From: Acidimicrobiales bacterium
Lineage (GTDB): Bacteria; Actinomycetota; Acidimicrobiia; Acidimicrobiales; JADJXE01
Direction: 5' to 3'
Length of the DNA: 64,000 nt
Assembly (NCBI GenBank): GCA_016716005.1
Contig: JADJXE010000001.1
Span: 1,615,011-1,679,010, forward strand
Shown here: piece by piece, positions 55,106 through 64,000 of the stretch
Numbering within the stretch: the stretch's first letter is position 1
Layout of the letters: each line of letters opens with the position of its first letter
Position numbers and translations under genes: made by a program
Notes under the pieces: model-generated
What the model saw: only the letters and a program-made list of their open reading frames with translations
Database searches by the model: none
Told to the model about the DNA's origin: nothing

Positions 55106-56644
55106 TCAGGGTCGGTCGATCCAGGACCGCAGCTTGCGGGAGGACGCGGCCGCCCACGCGCCGGGCCAGGCCTGGCGCAGCGTCGCCGCCTCGGCCCGCT
55201 GGAGCGCGATGAGCTCGCCCGCGGCCACGGCCTGGCTCCGGCTCACGCCGGCCGCGACGGCCCGCCGCAGCCACGCCTCGGCCACCGCGGCGTCGTTGTG
55301 GTCGCCCAGCACGTCCTGCACGGCGGCCAGGGCCTTGGCGTGGGCCCGGGCCCGGTCGCCGGCCACCGGGGCGATCACGTCGGCGGCGTAGCGGGCCCGC
55401 TTGGCCGCGATGCGCACCGCGTGCAGCTCGGCGTCGGTGGGAACGGGCTCGAGGCCGGCCACCGCCTTGCGGAGCTTCTTCCACGGGCCCCGCACCAGCG
55501 GGGGGAGCACCTCGGTCGCGGGCCCCTCGGCCGCCGGGAGCAGGCCCGGCGCGCGGGCCCCGTCGACGAGGCGGTCGAGGAGCTCGGCGTAGCGGTCGGA
55601 GTCGAGCGCCACGAGCAGGTCCGACAGGGCCGAACCCCGCTCGCGCTCCAACCGGCGCAGCAGGGTGGCCGCGTGCGGTCGGTCGGGCTCGGGGAGCGCC
55701 CCGGCGTCCCGGCGCAGGCGGGCGAGCAGCACGTCGGCATCGCGCACCGCGCCGAGGGCGCCGGCCAGCCACGAGAGCTCGTCGCGCAGCGGCTCCGACC
55801 AGGCGGTGTCGAGCAGCGGCCGGAACGTCCGAAGGTCGGAGCGGAGGCGGCGGGTGCCCACCCGGGCCTGGTGGACGCCCTCGATGTCGGCGTCGAGGCG
55901 CACCACCGGGTCGTGGCGGATCACCCGCAGCACGGCTGCGGTGACACCGGCCCGGATCACCTCGGCCGCGCTGGGCGCGTCCGGCAGCACGACCTCGTCG
56001 AGGTCGGGGGGCGCCGACGCCCGGGGGCCGAGCGAGCGCACGAGCTTGGGGGTGGGGTCGGGGTCGCCCGCGCCGGCCGCCCGGAGCCGGTCGATGACGG
56101 CCTCGGCCAAGCCGTCGACGTCGCCGGGGGCCAGCTCGACCTCCACCTCGCGGAAGCGGGCGGCCACGCGCTCGCCGTCGAGCACCGACACCTCGTCGTC
56201 GTCGACCTCGGCCAGCACGTCCCCGGACGGCGCGACGAGCATCACCCGGCCCCGGTGCGTCCGCAGCCGGGCCACCGGCACCAGCGGCGCGGTGCGGGCG
56301 AGGGCGCGCACCAGTCCGACCGCCGGGGCCGGCGGGGCCTCGGCCGGCCCGGCGACGTCGTGCTCGGTGCGCACCAGGGTGTGGGTTCCCTCGCCGGCCG
56401 GCAACTTCACCGTCCACCTGGGCTCGCCGTCGCCGGTGCGGTGCCGCACGGTGACCCCCGACCGGGCCAGCCGCAGGTCGGTCGTGTCCCAGTAGGTGGC
56501 GTCGAGCTCCAGCGGCTCCAACGGCCGGGCCACCACCTCGTCGGCCACGCCGTTCAGGTCGGGCAGGGCGAAGCCCACCCAGGCCGCCAGCTTCGTCTCG
56601 CGCTCGAGCGCGGGTGCCGGGCGGGTGGGTCGGGGTGCGGTCAC
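55106..56644 (-). CDS. CYTH (triphosphate tunnel) + CHAD domain protein
   Basis: 512 aa. N-terminal ERETKL (ExExK-like CYTH start). The C-terminal helical half carries repeated H/R motifs (HQARVGTRRLRSDLR, HAVRIAAKRARYA) typical of CHAD. Confidence 0.85.
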   Translation of the reverse strand: MTAPRPTRPAPALERETKLAAWVGFALPDLNGVADEVVARPLEPLELDATYWDTTDLRLARSGVTVRHRTGDGEPRWTVKLPAGEGTHTLVRTEHDVAGPAEAPPAPAVGLVRALARTAPLVPVARLRTHRGRVMLVAPSGDVLAEVDDDEVSVLDGERVAARFREVEVELAPGDVDGLAEAVIDRLRAAGAGDPDPTPKLVRSLGPRASAPPDLDEVVLPDAPSAAEVIRAGVTAAVLRVIRHDPVVRLDADIEGVHQARVGTRRLRSDLRTFRPLLDTAWSEPLRDELSWLAGALGAVRDADVLLARLRRDAGALPEPDRPHAATLLRRLERERGSALSDLLVALDSDRYAELLDRLVDGARAPGLLPAAEGPATEVLPPLVRGPWKKLRKAVAGLEPVPTDAELHAVRIAAKRARYAADVIAPVAGDRARAHAKALAAVQDVLGDHNDAAVAEAWLRRAVAAGVSRSQAVAAGELIALQRAEAATLRQAWPGAWAAASSRKLRSWIDRP

Positions 56645-56687
56645 GTCGTCAGTGTCGCGCCGCCGGGCGGCACGGCGGCCCCGCCCG

Positions 56688-58805
56688 TCACGCCCGGCGG
56701 GGGATCTTGAGGCTGCGCGGCGCTCGCGCCAGGGCCAGCGCCTGCAGCTGCTGGTGCGTGTCGAGGTCGCCCCGGGGCGTCACCTTGTGCCAGTGCCCGG
56801 CGGCGTCGAGCTCCCACGACAGGGCGTCGTCGGCCAGGTTGACCTGGAGGATCTCCCACAGCTCGGCCTGCAGGTCGGGGTGGTCGATCGGGGTGACCGC
56901 CTCGACGCGCTTGTCGAGGTTGCGGGGCATCAGGTCGGCCGAGCCGATGTAGTAGGCGGGCCGTCCCGGGCCGGCGCCGTTGGCGAAGTGGTAGATGCGG
57001 GAGTGCTCGAGGAAGCGCCCCACGATCGACCGCACGCGGATCCGGTCGGAGAGACCGGGGACGCCCGGCCGGAGGCAGCAGATGCCCCGTACGATCAGGT
57101 CGACGTCGACGCCGGCCTGCGAGGCCCCGTACAGCTCACCGATCAGCGCGGCGTCGACCAGGCTGTTCATCTTCATGATGATCCGGCCGTCGGGCCCGGC
57201 GGCCGCCTCGTTTCGGATCAGGTCCTGCATGCGGGGCCGCAGGGTGCGCGGGGCCACCAGCAGCTTGCGGAACCGCACCTCGCGGCTGTACCCGGTGAGG
57301 TAGTTGAAGAGGTTCGTGAGGTCGGTGCCGATCTCGGGGTCGGCGGTGAGCAGACCGAGGTCCTCGTAGAGGCCGGCGGTCTTGGGGTGGTAGTTGCCCG
57401 TGCCGATGTGGCAGTAGCGGCGGATGCCGTCGTCCTCTTCGCGGATCACCAGCGCCGTCTTGGTGTGGGTCTTGAGCCCGACCAGGCCGTACACCACGTG
57501 CACGCCCGCCTCTTCGAGCGCTCGGGCCCAGGCGATGTTGGCCTGCTCGTCGAAGCGGGCCTTCAGCTCCACCAGGGCAGCCACCTGCTTGCCCCGCTCG
57601 GCCGCCCGGATGAGCGACTTCACGATGGGGCTGTCGCCCGACGTGCGGTAGAGCGTCATCTTGATGGCGAGGACGCCGGGGTCGAGCGAAGCCTGCCGGA
57701 TGAACTCGCCCACGGTGTCCGTGAACGAGTCGTAGGGGTGGTGCACGAGCACGTCGTGCTCGCGGATCACCGAGAACAGGCTGCGGCCGCGGTCGAGCGC
57801 GGTGGCGAACCGGGCCGGGACCACGGGTGCCCACGGCTCGTCCTTCAGGTCCGCGCGGCCGAGGGCGTGCAGCGCCCACAGGCCCGAGAGGTCGAGCGGC
57901 GCGTCGTGCTCGAAGACGTCGTCGTCGTCGAGGTCGAGCTCGCGCACGAGCAGCTCGCAGATCTCCGGGGACATCTTGCGGTCCACCTCGAGGCGCACGG
58001 CGCGGCCGAAACGCCGGCGGCGCAGCTCCATCTCGACCGCCGCCAGCAGGTCGTCGGCCTCCTCCTCCTCGAGGGTGAGGTCGGCGTTGCGGGTGACCCG
58101 GAAGGGCACGTGGTCGACGACCTCCATGCCCGGGAACAGCGTGGGCAGGTGCGCGGCGATCACCTGCTCCAGCGGCACGAAGCGCTCGCCGTCGGGCATC
58201 ACCACGAAGCGCGGCAGCAGCGGTGGCACCTTCACCCGGGCGAACCGCATGCCGGGACCCGACGGATCCCGCACCAGCACGGCCAGGTTGAGCGACAGGT
58301 TGGAGATGTAGGGGAACGGGTGCCCGGGATCGACCGCCAGGGGCGTGAGCACGGGGAAGATCCGGTGCTCGAACACATCGACGAGGTACTTGCGGTCGTC
58401 GTCGTCCAGGGTGTCCCACGCCGAGAAGTGGATGCCCTGGTCGGCGAGGGCCGGCGCGACCTGGTCGAGGAAGATGCGCTCCTGGCGCCCGACGAGCTCG
58501 GCCACCTCGTCGGCGATCTCCCGCAGCTGCTCCCCGGGGGTGCGGCCGTCGGGCGTGGTGGACCCCAGGTGCGCCGCCTGCTGGTCCTTGAGGGCGGCCA
58601 CCCGGACCTGGAAGAACTCGTCGAGGTTCGAGCTGAAGATGGCGAGGAACTTGGCCCGCTCCAGCAGGGGGACGGCCGGATCCTCGGCCAGGGCGAGCAC
58701 GCGGGCGTTGAAGTCGAGCCAGCTCAGCTCCCGGTTGAGGAACCGGCTGGCCGGGGTGTCGGTGATCGCCAACCCGCCCGCCGTTCCCCCCAGCCCCGAC
58801 GCCAC
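56688..58805 (-). CDS. ppk1: polyphosphate kinase 1
   Basis: 705 aa. RFLNRELSWLDFNARVL N-terminus, and ...HTKTALV.../...IGSADLMPRNL... PLD-like motifs. Confidence 0.95.
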   Translation of the reverse strand: MASGLGGTAGGLAITDTPASRFLNRELSWLDFNARVLALAEDPAVPLLERAKFLAIFSSNLDEFFQVRVAALKDQQAAHLGSTTPDGRTPGEQLREIADEVAELVGRQERIFLDQVAPALADQGIHFSAWDTLDDDDRKYLVDVFEHRIFPVLTPLAVDPGHPFPYISNLSLNLAVLVRDPSGPGMRFARVKVPPLLPRFVVMPDGERFVPLEQVIAAHLPTLFPGMEVVDHVPFRVTRNADLTLEEEEADDLLAAVEMELRRRRFGRAVRLEVDRKMSPEICELLVRELDLDDDDVFEHDAPLDLSGLWALHALGRADLKDEPWAPVVPARFATALDRGRSLFSVIREHDVLVHHPYDSFTDTVGEFIRQASLDPGVLAIKMTLYRTSGDSPIVKSLIRAAERGKQVAALVELKARFDEQANIAWARALEEAGVHVVYGLVGLKTHTKTALVIREEDDGIRRYCHIGTGNYHPKTAGLYEDLGLLTADPEIGTDLTNLFNYLTGYSREVRFRKLLVAPRTLRPRMQDLIRNEAAAGPDGRIIMKMNSLVDAALIGELYGASQAGVDVDLIVRGICCLRPGVPGLSDRIRVRSIVGRFLEHSRIYHFANGAGPGRPAYYIGSADLMPRNLDKRVEAVTPIDHPDLQAELWEILQVNLADDALSWELDAAGHWHKVTPRGDLDTHQQLQALALARAPRSLKIPRRA

Positions 58806-58846
58806 CGCCGCAGCCTACAGGTGGCCAGCGGGACGAGCGGCTCCGG

Positions 58847-59134
58847 TCAGGCGGTGGCCTCGTCGGTCTCGGGGAGGCCGAGATCCCAGTCGAGCAGCAG
58901 GTTCTCCCGCTCGGCGTCACGCACCACCCGCTCCCGGTTGCGCCGGAACTGGGGGTCGTGGGGTGGCAGGAGGAGCAACCGGGCCATCACGCGCGAGCGG
59001 AAGTCGTCGATCACGGAGCGGTCACCGAAGTCGGACTGCACCTCCCAGTGGGGCGCCACCGGGCCGAGGTAGACGACCCGCACGTGGCCGCGGGGCGGCT
59101 GCGGGGCCTCGGTCTCGTCGGGTGCCATCGACAT
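58847..59134 (-). CDS. hypothetical protein (95 aa)
   Basis: Internal ATG at 59134 (MSMAPDETEAPQPPRGHVRVVYLGPVAPHWEVQSDF...). No family recognised. Confidence 0.55.
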   Translation of the reverse strand: MSMAPDETEAPQPPRGHVRVVYLGPVAPHWEVQSDFGDRSVIDDFRSRVMARLLLLPPHDPQFRRNRERVVRDAERENLLLDWDLGLPETDEATA

Positions 59135-59252
59135 CGGGATGCTCCTCGGGGCGTCGGGGACGAACCGCGAGCCTACCGGGCGCGACGAGGCCCGGACCGG
59201 CCGGCCCGGGCCTCGTTCGCCGTGTTGTCGGGGGAGGTGCGCGAAGGCGGGC

Positions 59253-60716
<1,464 letters not shown>

Positions 60717-60782
60717 CGTCGCCTCCGGTGGATCCGCTCGGGTGCATCCGACCACGGGCGGTCGGTCGGTCTCAGTCGTGCC

Positions 60783-60809
60783 AACGACGCGCCTCGCCCT
60801 GTGGTTCCC
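60783..60809 (-). promoter_or_regulatory. ECF (SigE-type) promoter upstream of htrA
   Basis: The minus strand reads GGGAACCA-N15-CGTT (gggaaccacagggcgaggcgcgtcgtt). Same octamer and spacing as the sigE-upstream site. Confidence 0.6.
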
Positions 60810-60892
60810 GGATCGGCAGATCTCGGCGGGCTCTCAGGAACGGCTGGTCGACCCGGTGGCGAGCATGACGTTCGTCACGTTCACGCCCGTCC

Positions 60893-60919
60893 GGGAACCA
60901 AATCGAGCCGGACGCCGTA
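60893..60919 (+). promoter_or_regulatory. ECF-like promoter upstream of whiB (imperfect -10)
   Basis: GGGAACCA-N15-CGTA (gggaaccaaatcgagccggacgccgta), 27 nt before the whiB ATG. Confidence 0.4.
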
Positions 60920-60945
60920 CATACTTGAACAGAGCAGGAGGCGTG

Positions 60946-61185
60946 ATGGACAGCGACTGGATGGACAGGGGCAACTGCCGCGAGCACCACCCCTCGGTCT
61001 TCTTCCCGAGCGACGGTGTTGGCGTCGAGGTGGCCCGCAGGATCTGCGCGACCTGCCCGGTCCAGGGTCCGTGCCTCGAGTTCGCGCTCACCCAGCGCAT
61101 CGACCACGGGGTGTGGGGCGGTGCGTCCGAACGGGAGCGCCGCCGCATCCTCAAGCGGCGACGGCTGGCGGCCGCCTCCGCCTGA
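60946..61185 (+). CDS. WhiB-family Fe-S transcription factor
   Basis: aggagg SD plus ATG. MDSDWMDRGNCREHHPSVFFP...ICATCPVQGPCLEFAL...GVWGG (four Cys plus the G-V-W-G-G turn). Confidence 0.9.
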   Translation: MDSDWMDRGNCREHHPSVFFPSDGVGVEVARRICATCPVQGPCLEFALTQRIDHGVWGGASERERRRILKRRRLAAASA

Positions 61186-61204
61186 TCCTCGACGAGACCC
61201 AGCC

Positions 61205-61236
61205 CTGCGGGCCGCACCCACGGGTGCGGCCCGCAG
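61205..61236. terminator. 15-bp inverted repeat between convergent whiB and anti-sigma genes
   Basis: ctgcgggccgcaccc ac gggtgcggcccgcag; arms are exact reverse complements. Confidence 0.6.
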
Positions 61237-61306
61237 CGCGCTCCGGGGCCGGTCGGTCTCGCGCGGCGCAGCCCCGACCGAGCGCGTCAGCCGCCGAACG
61301 AGCGCC

Positions 61307-62137
61307 TCAGCCGCCGAACGAGAACGTGTCGACCAGGTCGTGTCCCACGGCCCGCAGGCGGTCGCCGAGCGACGGTGGCGGGGGCTCGGGCAGGGCCGGC
61401 ACCAGGGCCAGCAGCCGCTCGGCCGGGCCCGGCCCGACGAGCGCCAACGTGAGGTCGCCGCGCTCGGTGATCACCACGAACGACTGGCCGACACGGGCGA
61501 CCCACGAGTCGTGACCGTCGACGCTCACCCGCTGGCCGGGAGGGAGGGTGCTCCAGTCGAGCCGGCCCGGCTGCTCGAACAGCGACACGACCGTGAGCCC
61601 GTCGGTGTACCGGGCCTGCAGCAGGTCGCCGTCGACCGATGCCGAGCCGAGGACGTGGCCGCCGAGGCGCACCGGCACCCGGAAGCGGCCCCCCGCCTCG
61701 GCCGGCGGCGCGGCCGGCTCGGGTGGGGACCCGGTGGGGAGGGGCAGACCGGCGGCCGCGTGCTCGTCGACGAAGCGGCTCACGGGCGGCTGGGCCGACA
61801 GCGGGGTGACCCCGCTGGTGACCGCGAGCACCAGCAGCCACGCTGCGGCGGTGGCCACCAGGTTGGCGGCGACGCCCCAGCCACGCACCGATCGGGTCAG
61901 CCGGGCTCGGCCCCGGGTCAGACGGTCGAACAGCCCCTCGGGCGGCTCGACCATCGCCAGGGCCCGGACCACCGAGCGGGCCCCCTCGACGTGCGCCAGC
62001 TCGGCCCGACACGACGGGCAGGCCTCGAGGTGCTGGCGGACCTCGACGGCACGATCGGCTGTGAGCTCGCCGTCGAGCAGGGCGCTGAGCTCGTCGCCCG
62101 GATGCGCGTCACCGGCGCCGGAGCGATCGACGGTCAC
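61307..62137 (-). CDS. membrane anti-sigma factor (zf-HC2 type)
   Basis: GTG at 62137 (GTGA overlap with the sigE stop). HLEACPSCRAEL zinc motif, one TM helix, and an extracytoplasmic domain. Confidence 0.8.
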   Translation of the reverse strand: MTVDRSGAGDAHPGDELSALLDGELTADRAVEVRQHLEACPSCRAELAHVEGARSVVRALAMVEPPEGLFDRLTRGRARLTRSVRGWGVAANLVATAAAWLLVLAVTSGVTPLSAQPPVSRFVDEHAAAGLPLPTGSPPEPAAPPAEAGGRFRVPVRLGGHVLGSASVDGDLLQARYTDGLTVVSLFEQPGRLDWSTLPPGQRVSVDGHDSWVARVGQSFVVITERGDLTLALVGPGPAERLLALVPALPEPPPPSLGDRLRAVGHDLVDTFSFGG

Positions 62138-62697
62138 GACAGCGACTCCCGCAGCAGGGCCCGCCCACGATGGATGCGGCTGCGCACCGTGCCGACCGGC
62201 ACCTCGAGGGCATCGGCGATCTCCTGGTAGCCCATCCCCACCACGTCGCAGAGCACCACCGCCGCCCGGTAGTCGCCGGGGAGGGCGAGCAGCGCGGCCT
62301 GCACGTCGTCGGGCAGGGTCGACGCGGCCAGCTCCGCCTCGGGCTCGGCCGCGCCGGGCAGCAACCGCTCGGGCACGTCGGGCACCACGTGGAGAGGCCG
62401 GCGCTTCTTGCGCCTCGCCTCGTCGAGGAAGGCGTTGGTGGCGATGCGGCTCAACCAGCCGTGCAAGGTGCCGGGACGGTACGTGTCCAGCCCGCGCTGC
62501 ACCCGCACCAGCACCTCCTGCACCAGATCCTCCGCGTCGTCGTGGTTGCCGGTGAGCCGGTACGACACCGTGTAGAGGAAGCGCCCGTGATCCCGGGCCA
62601 CCTCCTCCCACGTGGGAACCCCGCCCCGGTCGTCGGCCGCACCAGGCGGTTCGACAACAGCGGAGGCCCCAGCCTCGCGACGCCTCCTCCGGCTCAT
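62134..62697 (-). CDS. sigE: ECF sigma factor, SigE-like
   Basis: 187 aa. region 2 DAEDLVQEVLVRVQRGLDTYRPGTLHGWLSRIATNAFLD, and region 4 YQEIADALEVPVGTVRSRIHRGR. Confidence 0.9.
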   Translation of the reverse strand: MSRRRRREAGASAVVEPPGAADDRGGVPTWEEVARDHGRFLYTVSYRLTGNHDDAEDLVQEVLVRVQRGLDTYRPGTLHGWLSRIATNAFLDEARRKKRRPLHVVPDVPERLLPGAAEPEAELAASTLPDDVQAALLALPGDYRAAVVLCDVVGMGYQEIADALEVPVGTVRSRIHRGRALLRESLS

Positions 62698-62744
62698 GAG
62701 CCGGACGGGTGGCGGAGCGAGCGTCGGGAGCGACTCGCCATGAG

Positions 62745-62771
62745 AACGACGCAGCGGGCGAGATGGTTCCC
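62745..62771 (-). promoter_or_regulatory. ECF (SigE-type) autoregulatory promoter upstream of sigE
   Basis: The minus strand reads gggaaccatctcgcccgctgcgtcgtt = GGGAACCA-N15-CGTT, 48 nt upstream of the sigE start. Confidence 0.6.
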
Positions 62772-62791
62772 GCCCGCCTCAGCGACGCCGG

Positions 62792-62959
62792 TCAGGCGTC
62801 CTTGCGCTCCTCGTCGGCCTTCGCTCCCTCGGACACGCCCTGCTTGAACTCCTTCTGGGCCTGGCCGAGCGAGCGGGCCAGCTTGGGGAGCTTCGTCCCG
62901 CCGAACACCAGGAGGATGATGAGCAAGACGATGAGCAGTTCGGGAGCACCGAGGTTCAC
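62792..62959 (-). CDS. tatA: twin-arginine translocase subunit TatA/E
   Basis: GTG at 62959. VNLGAPELLIVLLIILLVFGGTKLPKLARSLGQAQKEFKQG. Confidence 0.85.
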   Translation of the reverse strand: MNLGAPELLIVLLIILLVFGGTKLPKLARSLGQAQKEFKQGVSEGAKADEERKDA

Positions 62960-63044
62960 GGTGCGAGCGTACCAGCGCCCCCCGGCGGGCACCGGTCGCG
63001 TCACCCGGTCGGCGCGCTCGCCTCGCCGTGCCAGGCTGGCCCGC

Positions 63045-63839
63045 GTGCTCGAGTGCGTCGTGAACGTGAGCGAGGGCCGCCGCCCGCAGGTGGTACGGGC
63101 CATCGCCGGCGCCGCCGGGCGCGACCTGCTCGACGTGCACACCGACCCCGACCACCACCGGACGGTGCTCACCCTCCTCGGCGAGGGCGCCGTTCGCTCC
63201 GTGGCCCGGGCCAGCCTCGACCTGCTCGATCTGGGCGAGCACCAGGGCGCCCACCCGCGCATCGGCGTGCTCGACGTGGTCCCCTTCGTGCCCCTCGGCC
63301 CCGACGACCTCGCCGAGGCCCTGTCGGCGCGCGATCGCTTCGCCCGGTGGGCCGGGAGCGAGCTGCAGCTCCCCTGCTTCCTCTACGGCCCCGAGCGGAG
63401 CCTGCCCGACGTGCGCCGGCACGCCTTCGCGGAGCTGGCTCCGGACACGGGGCCGGCGCACCCGCACCCCACCGCCGGGGCCTGCGCCGTGGGCGCCCGG
63501 GCCGTCCTCGTGGCCTACAACCTGTGGCTGGCCGAACCGGACGCGTCGAGAGCCCGTGCCATCGCCCGCGACCTGCGGGGCCCGGCGGTGCGGGCCCTCG
63601 GCCTGGTGGTGGGCCGCGAGGTGCAGGTGTCGTGCAACCTCGTGGCCCCGCTCGAGGTTGGGCCGGCGGCGGTCTACGACGCGGTGGCGGCGCGGGCCCC
63701 GGTGGCCCGGGCCGAGCTGGTGGGCCTGGTGCCCGCGGCGGTGCTGGCCGCGATCCCCCGCCGGCGCTGGGACCAGCTCGACCTCGACCCCAGCCGCACC
63801 ATCGAAGCCAGGATCGCGGCCCGGCGCACGCCCCGGTGA
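63045..63839 (+). CDS. glutamate formimidoyltransferase-like (FTCD N-domain) protein
   Basis: GTG at 63045. VLECVVNVSEGRR start and ...HPRIGVLDVVPFVP... typical of the formiminotransferase N-subdomain. Confidence 0.75.
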   Translation: MLECVVNVSEGRRPQVVRAIAGAAGRDLLDVHTDPDHHRTVLTLLGEGAVRSVARASLDLLDLGEHQGAHPRIGVLDVVPFVPLGPDDLAEALSARDRFARWAGSELQLPCFLYGPERSLPDVRRHAFAELAPDTGPAHPHPTAGACAVGARAVLVAYNLWLAEPDASRARAIARDLRGPAVRALGLVVGREVQVSCNLVAPLEVGPAAVYDAVAARAPVARAELVGLVPAAVLAAIPRRRWDQLDLDPSRTIEARIAARRTPR

Positions 63840-63856
63840 GGGACGCCCGCCGAACG

Positions 63857-64000
63857 TCAGGCCGACGCCGACCGGCGGGCGAGGGCTCGCTGGCGGCGGA
63901 CGCGACGGCGCTCCCGCTCGCTCATGCCCCCCCAGATCCCGAACTTCTCGCCGTTGGCCAGCGCGTACTCGAGGCAGTCCTCCCGCACCACGCAGCCCCG
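63857..64000 (-). CDS. second WhiB-family protein, C-terminal part (5' end beyond window)
   Basis: Hand translation gives ...CVVREDCLEYALANGEKFGIWGGMSERERRRVRRQRALARRSASA*. Confidence 0.8.
   Translation of the reverse strand, partial: RGCVVREDCLEYALANGEKFGIWGGMSERERRRVRRQRALARRSASA

Noticed and set aside
60836-60870. A GGAAC at 60836 with CGTT about 27 nt downstream, considered as an alternative whiB promoter
   Set aside because: The spacer is far too long for an ECF promoter. The GGGAACCA-N15-CGTA site at 60893 fits better.

Overview
This is a 64-kb window of a very high-GC actinobacterial-type chromosome. Markers are two WhiB genes, a SigE/anti-sigma/HtrA/TatA block, SenX3-RegX3, and a UPF0182 + PDZ/Lon pair. 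The window splits at an initiator tRNA-Met gene (29824-29897, minus strand). To the right (29.9-64 kb) is tightly packed, mostly minus-strand core genome. It holds a frameshifted PPTase, a DinB-like protein, UPF0182, a DivIVA-domain / Mu-F-like gene pair, a PDZ/Lon protease, an orphan MreB with no canonical start codon, MoaE and two HtrA proteases. It also holds a 12.5-kb phosphate/polyphosphate block (regX3-senX3-surE-phoU-phoU-pstBACS-nudix-CYTH/CHAD-ppk1) and a sigE cluster with three promoters that share one ECF-type motif. To the left (1-29.8 kb) is an accessory mosaic. Its clearest unit is a ~7.2-kb integrative island bounded by the tRNA and a displaced copy of the tRNA 3' part (22657-22710). 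The island carries a gutted tyrosine integrase, a DUF433/DUF5615 pair, an IS256 remnant, a LuxR-type two-component system with a lipoprotein, and an unassigned XRE / 126-aa / 81-aa module that has decayed paralogues elsewhere in the window. Further left lie vapBC, remnants of IS3, IS481 and IS1634 elements and of integrases, and duplicated DUF1254/DUF1214 + unknown 22x-aa gene pairs around a SulP transporter. There is also a nine-gene minus-strand array (Na+/H+ antiporter, flippase-like/kinase-like membrane protein, SRPBCC-hydrolase-SRPBCC). I saw no rRNA, CRISPR array or intact mobile element. All family calls rest on motifs I recognised by eye, and no searches were run.
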